A stretch of 64,000 nucleotides of DNA from a bacterium (GTDB lineage Bacteria > Zhuqueibacterota > QNDG01). Position 1 is the stretch's first letter, and each line of letters opens with the position of its first letter. Location of the stretch: contig JAGGVB010000065.1 of assembly GCA_021158245.1 (NCBI GenBank), positions 6,757 through 70,756 of the forward strand, written 5' to 3'. This document shows, in pieces, positions 60,633-64,000 of the stretch. The translations under genes were made by a program, and so were the position numbers. The notes under the pieces were generated by a model, which was given only the letters and a program-made list of their open reading frames with translations, ran no database searches and had not been told where the DNA came from.

Positions 60633-62126
60633 TTATTGCTTTTCATTAACACACTTTTCATACAGCGATACATATCTTGTTGCAGCAATCTCCCATGAGC
60701 TGTTTCTCTGCATACACCTCTTTTGTATATTTTTCCATTCTTCTTTATTTGCCCAAAATTTCAAAGCACTGTTTATCCCTTTTAAAAGGCCTGTAGCACT
60801 GTACTTTTCAAAAGTAAAACCTGTTCCTTCACCTTTCTTGTTAGTTACAGGAATAATCGTATCAACAAGGCCTCCTGTTAACCTTACAATCGGTACTGTT
60901 CCGTAGCGCATACAATAGAGCTGGGTAAAACCGCACGGTTCATAAAGAGAAGGTATAAGCACCATATCCGACCCTGCAACAACAAGATGCAATTTATCCT
61001 TTGCAAAAGAGTTAATAAACCTGATACGGCCTTTCCATTTTTTCTCAGCCTTTGTAAAAAACGTTTCAAACTCCTGAGTACCGCTTCCCATAACAATAAG
61101 GCCTATCGGATTCTTCATTAACTTTTCAAGACTTTCTTTTACAAGATCAATCCCTTTTCTGCTTTCGAGTTCAGTAATCATACAAACAACAGGACTTTCA
61201 ATGCCTGTTTTTAAGGATAGCTCTTCTCTCAAAGCTTTTCTGTTTTCCTCCCTGCCTTCAATCTCCTCAGAGGAAAAAGCAGAAGAAATCAATGAATCAT
61301 TTTGCGGATTCCACTCAGTATAATCTATCCCGTTAACAGCGCTGGCGAAATGACCTTTTCTCTCTTTAACAACATCATAAACTTTTTTAACAGAATCACA
61401 CCCGTTTAAAACATCCTTGAGATACGTATCACTTAATGTATTGATAAAATCCGCATGAGCTACGCCTCCACGAAGGAAACTGCAATCTCCTTTTAAATTG
61501 AGTGAACTATTTTCAAAGCTGAAATTATTATCAGAAGACAGAAATTCCGCACATGATTTATCAAAAACACCCGACTCGGCAAAATCATAAACAGTAAATA
61601 GCGTTGAACACTTGTCAAAAAACGGATTTGTATTATAAATTGTCTTTAAAAACCAGGGGATCAACCCTGCCTGCCATCCATGGCAGTGAATCACATCAGG
61701 CTGCCATTGAAGCCTGATAAGGGTCTCAAGCACACTCTTGGAAAACAGAATAAATCTCTTTGCATTGTCCTTAAAAGGTACACCGCTTTTATGGTCTTTA
61801 TAAAGTCCGATACGTGCGAAAAACGGTTTATAATCAATAAAGTATACTTGTATTTTGGAATTCGGCAAAAATGAAGATTTTACATTAATCGTTACCTTCT
61901 CTCCACCAAGAGGTATTTCAATATCCTGCAGACGTATTACATCCCTCAAAATGTAACGTCTTTCATCAATAACTCTGTACTGGGGAGTAATCAGCCGGAT
62001 ATCATGCCCGAGATCCTTTAATTCTTTGGGGATAGAACCTCCGAGATCACTGAGTTCTCCGGTTCGGGTAAACGGACTAATCTCCGGTAAAGCCATTAAT
62101 ATTTTATATTTTCTACTCATATCCAA
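60633..62126 (-). CDS. GT5 glycosyltransferase, glycogen/starch synthase (GlgA)-like
   Basis: N-terminal KILMALPEISPFTRTGELSDLGGSIPKEL matches the GlgA K-x-G-G-L ADP-sugar binding region, 497 aa. Confidence 0.7.
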   Translation of the reverse strand: MDMSRKYKILMALPEISPFTRTGELSDLGGSIPKELKDLGHDIRLITPQYRVIDERRYILRDVIRLQDIEIPLGGEKVTINVKSSFLPNSKIQVYFIDYKPFFARIGLYKDHKSGVPFKDNAKRFILFSKSVLETLIRLQWQPDVIHCHGWQAGLIPWFLKTIYNTNPFFDKCSTLFTVYDFAESGVFDKSCAEFLSSDNNFSFENSSLNLKGDCSFLRGGVAHADFINTLSDTYLKDVLNGCDSVKKVYDVVKERKGHFASAVNGIDYTEWNPQNDSLISSAFSSEEIEGREENRKALREELSLKTGIESPVVCMITELESRKGIDLVKESLEKLMKNPIGLIVMGSGTQEFETFFTKAEKKWKGRIRFINSFAKDKLHLVVAGSDMVLIPSLYEPCGFTQLYCMRYGTVPIVRLTGGLVDTIIPVTNKKGEGTGFTFEKYSATGLLKGINSALKFWANKEEWKNIQKRCMQRNSSWEIAATRYVSLYEKCVNEKQ

Positions 62127-62207
62127 CCCCTCTTCAGGTTGTAAGATCTTCTTTTATGTCCCCGGCAATTAGCCTGATAAGGAGATCAATAAGACTGAAC
62201 CGGAAAT

Positions 62208-63005
62208 TTATTTAATCTGAGCAATAAATCTCTGAGCAACACTTACATATTCGCTTGTAGGATAGTTATCTATTAATTTCTGGAACTCTTCTTTGGCCTT
62301 TGCTTTATTATTCAGCCTGAGTTGACACAAGCCTAATTTCAACTGCGCATCATCATCTTTATTTGAGTTTGAAAAAGAAAAAACTTTCTCAAATGAGAGT
62401 GCGGCTTCTTCATACTTTCCCAAACCATAATAGCATTCGCCTATCCAATACTGGCAATTATCAGAAAGTGAATTATAACTTCCCGAGTCAAGCAGGTTTT
62501 CAAATTTCTGTATTGCATCCATAAAATGCCTGCTCCTGTAAGTCTGCAAAGCTTCCTGATACCTGTCAGCAAAAGAGCGGCCCTTCCATGATACGGGTGT
62601 TGTTTTATCAGCAGTCGCAGAATTCAAGTTTGAAATAGACTTTTCCTGTGTGTTCACTATATTCTGCAGCTTATTTTTCTCAGCTTCAGTACTCTTATTT
62701 TCAGCTTCAAGTGTGTTTAATTTCTGCTGCAGGTTAGCAGCACCGGTATCAGACTTGACTGCTTTACTGTCTCCTTTTTCCCCGACTCCCAAAAGCCGGA
62801 GCACGTCATCTTCGCCTAAAGTCTCATTGCTCTTTTTCTGCGTGTCCTCTTCAACAAGGCCTAATAGTTCATCGATATTTGCCGAATCACCTGAAACCGC
62901 TTCTTCCCTTCTGTTTTTGCTCGTTGATGCACAACCGGCAAAAATCAAAAAAGAAAGCAAAAAAACAGCTACAAGGAAACAAAGAATAAATCTGTCCCTA
63001 TTCAT
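62208..63005 (-). CDS. TPR-domain lipoprotein with central coiled coil (CpoB/YbgF-like architecture)
   Basis: Lipobox IFAGC. Coiled-coil QQKLNTLEAENKSTEAEKNKLQN. C-terminal TPR repeats. Confidence 0.6.
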   Translation of the reverse strand: MNRDRFILCFLVAVFLLSFLIFAGCASTSKNRREEAVSGDSANIDELLGLVEEDTQKKSNETLGEDDVLRLLGVGEKGDSKAVKSDTGAANLQQKLNTLEAENKSTEAEKNKLQNIVNTQEKSISNLNSATADKTTPVSWKGRSFADRYQEALQTYRSRHFMDAIQKFENLLDSGSYNSLSDNCQYWIGECYYGLGKYEEAALSFEKVFSFSNSNKDDDAQLKLGLCQLRLNNKAKAKEEFQKLIDNYPTSEYVSVAQRFIAQIK

Positions 63006-63170
63006 AAGGTGCCCCTCTTTTTAAGAATTATTCTTGAATAATAAATTTACTGAAAATAATTAAAAAAATCAAGCATTTTAATAATTGTTATCACAATAAC
63101 TTATCCGGCCTCCTTAAAATTATTTTAAATCCCGTCTGCGCTTCACAGTACACATTAACCGATTTTCGTT

Positions 63171-64000
63171 CTAATAGATAAATCTTTTTACAGAAATATT
63201 GGATACCAGCCCCATAAGTATAAAAAGCATAACAAGGGACGAACCTCCGTAGCTTAAAAAAGGCAGTGCCATACCTGTAACCGGAAACAGGCCTACTGCC
63301 ATACCGCTGTTTATCACTATCTGTGAAACAATCAAACCGAAAACACCTGCAGAAACAAGGCTGTCAAAATCATCCCTTGCAAGGCGTGCAACAGATATTA
63401 ACGATGCAAGTAAAAGGAAATAGAAAATAAAAACAACTGTTATACCCAAAAATCCAAATTCTTCACCGAGAAGTGAAATAATAAAATCAGTATGTTGCTC
63501 AGGAAGGAACCTTAGCTGTGATTGAGAACCGTGCAGGAAGCCTTTGCCCAAAAACCCTCCTGACCCGATTGCAACCTTTGACTGGATTACCTGATATGCT
63601 GATCCGTGTGGGTCAGATTTTATTCCGAGAAATATTAATATCCGTTCCTGCTGGTAAGCTGCAAGTTTTGACCAGAAAAATCCGGAAAAAACTCCTGCAA
63701 CTCCACAGAAAACAGAATACAAAGATGCAGCCCACCATTTTTTCAGCCATACAAAGGCCCAGACTGTTATTCCCGCAGCAACAATAATAAATGCAGGCAG
63801 ATAAAATCCTGATAAGAGAACTGCAAAAGGTGCAACAAGTAAAAATATCCAGTTCAGAGAAATTCCCGCCCAAACTGCCATAACCGCCCAGATAAAAAGG
63901 AAAAGTATTGCAGTGCCCATATCAGGTTCTTCTGCAATCAGGAGAAAATACGGAACTACAATCAAAAGGCTCACAAACATTCTTTTCCACTCCGGTGTTC
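63171..64000 (-). CDS. SEDS family peptidoglycan glycosyltransferase (RodA/FtsW), C-terminal ~275 aa; N-terminus lies beyond the window
   Basis: Motifs PDMGTAIL, AIGSGGFLGKGFLHGSQSQLRFLPEQHTDFI and LPFLSYGGSS. The frame stays open to base 64000. Confidence 0.7.
   Translation of the reverse strand, partial: TPEWKRMFVSLLIVVPYFLLIAEEPDMGTAILFLFIWAVMAVWAGISLNWIFLLVAPFAVLLSGFYLPAFIIVAAGITVWAFVWLKKWWAASLYSVFCGVAGVFSGFFWSKLAAYQQERILIFLGIKSDPHGSAYQVIQSKVAIGSGGFLGKGFLHGSQSQLRFLPEQHTDFIISLLGEEFGFLGITVVFIFYFLLLASLISVARLARDDFDSLVSAGVFGLIVSQIVINSGMAVGLFPVTGMALPFLSYGGSSLVMLFILMGLVSNISVKRFIY

Noticed and set aside
63082-63095. Imperfect palindrome ATTGTTATCACAAT upstream of the TPR lipoprotein gene
   Set aside because: Two mismatches in a 14-mer in AT-rich DNA; this could easily arise by chance.
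1-64000. Search for tRNA, rRNA, CRISPR repeats, transposase or integrase genes, and prophage signatures
   Set aside because: No GC-rich cloverleaf-sized islands were found in intergenic regions. There are no regularly spaced direct repeats, and no ORF shows transposase (DDE) or integrase (R-H-R-Y) hallmarks. The locus appears to be native chromosome.

Overview
This is an AT-rich (roughly 35-38% GC) bacterial chromosomal segment; I cannot assign a lineage from sequence alone. Bases 1-5200 are on the plus strand and hold housekeeping or unassigned genes: the C-terminal part of a TPR protein, a secreted beta-rich hypothetical protein, a parallel beta-helix lipoprotein, and the translational GTPase TypA/BipA. 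Nearly everything from about 5.3 kb to the window end is on the minus strand. Most of it (about 5.3-59.7 kb) is a single very large co-oriented surface-glycan biosynthesis locus of roughly 45 genes. Reading in the direction of transcription, the locus contains these genes.
- A Wza-like exporter, a Wzc-like tyrosine autokinase, a UDP-uronate 4-epimerase-like SDR, and the initiating polyprenyl-phosphate hexose-1-phosphate transferase.
- Six GT4 and several GT2 glycosyltransferases.
- Two AsnB-type amidotransferases, one of which lacks the catalytic Cys.
- Two SAM methyltransferases, a NodU/CmcH carbamoyltransferase, and a GlpD-like FAD oxidoreductase.
- Two fusion enzymes: SDR fused to Gfo/Idh/MocA, and a hexapeptide acyltransferase fused to GT2.
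- An RfbH-like DegT-family enzyme with RmlD-like and dehydratase-like SDR partners, a Wzx flippase and a Wzy/ligase-like protein.
- An unusually large set of lipid-carrier enzymes: four ArnC/DPM1-like polyprenyl-phosphate glycosyltransferases plus a DUF2304 protein, and four GT-C (ArnT/PMT-like) membrane glycosyltransferases.
- A terminal six-gene operon (5305-10662) that looks like a complete decaprenylphosphoryl-D-arabinofuranose-type donor pathway: UbiA-family phosphoribosyltransferase, GtrA, a DprE1-like FAD oxidase, a DprE2-like SDR, a GT-C transferase and a HAD phosphatase.

Two large secreted hypothetical proteins inside the locus share a C-terminal TPPxxPTGV tail. Three G8/C8 homopolymer tracts sit in or just upstream of locus genes, which is far more than expected at this base composition and suggests phase variation. 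Upstream of the locus are a STAS-domain protein followed by a clear intrinsic terminator, a GlgA-like GT5 enzyme, a CpoB-like TPR lipoprotein and a partial RodA/FtsW. I found no rRNA, tRNA, CRISPR array or transposase.
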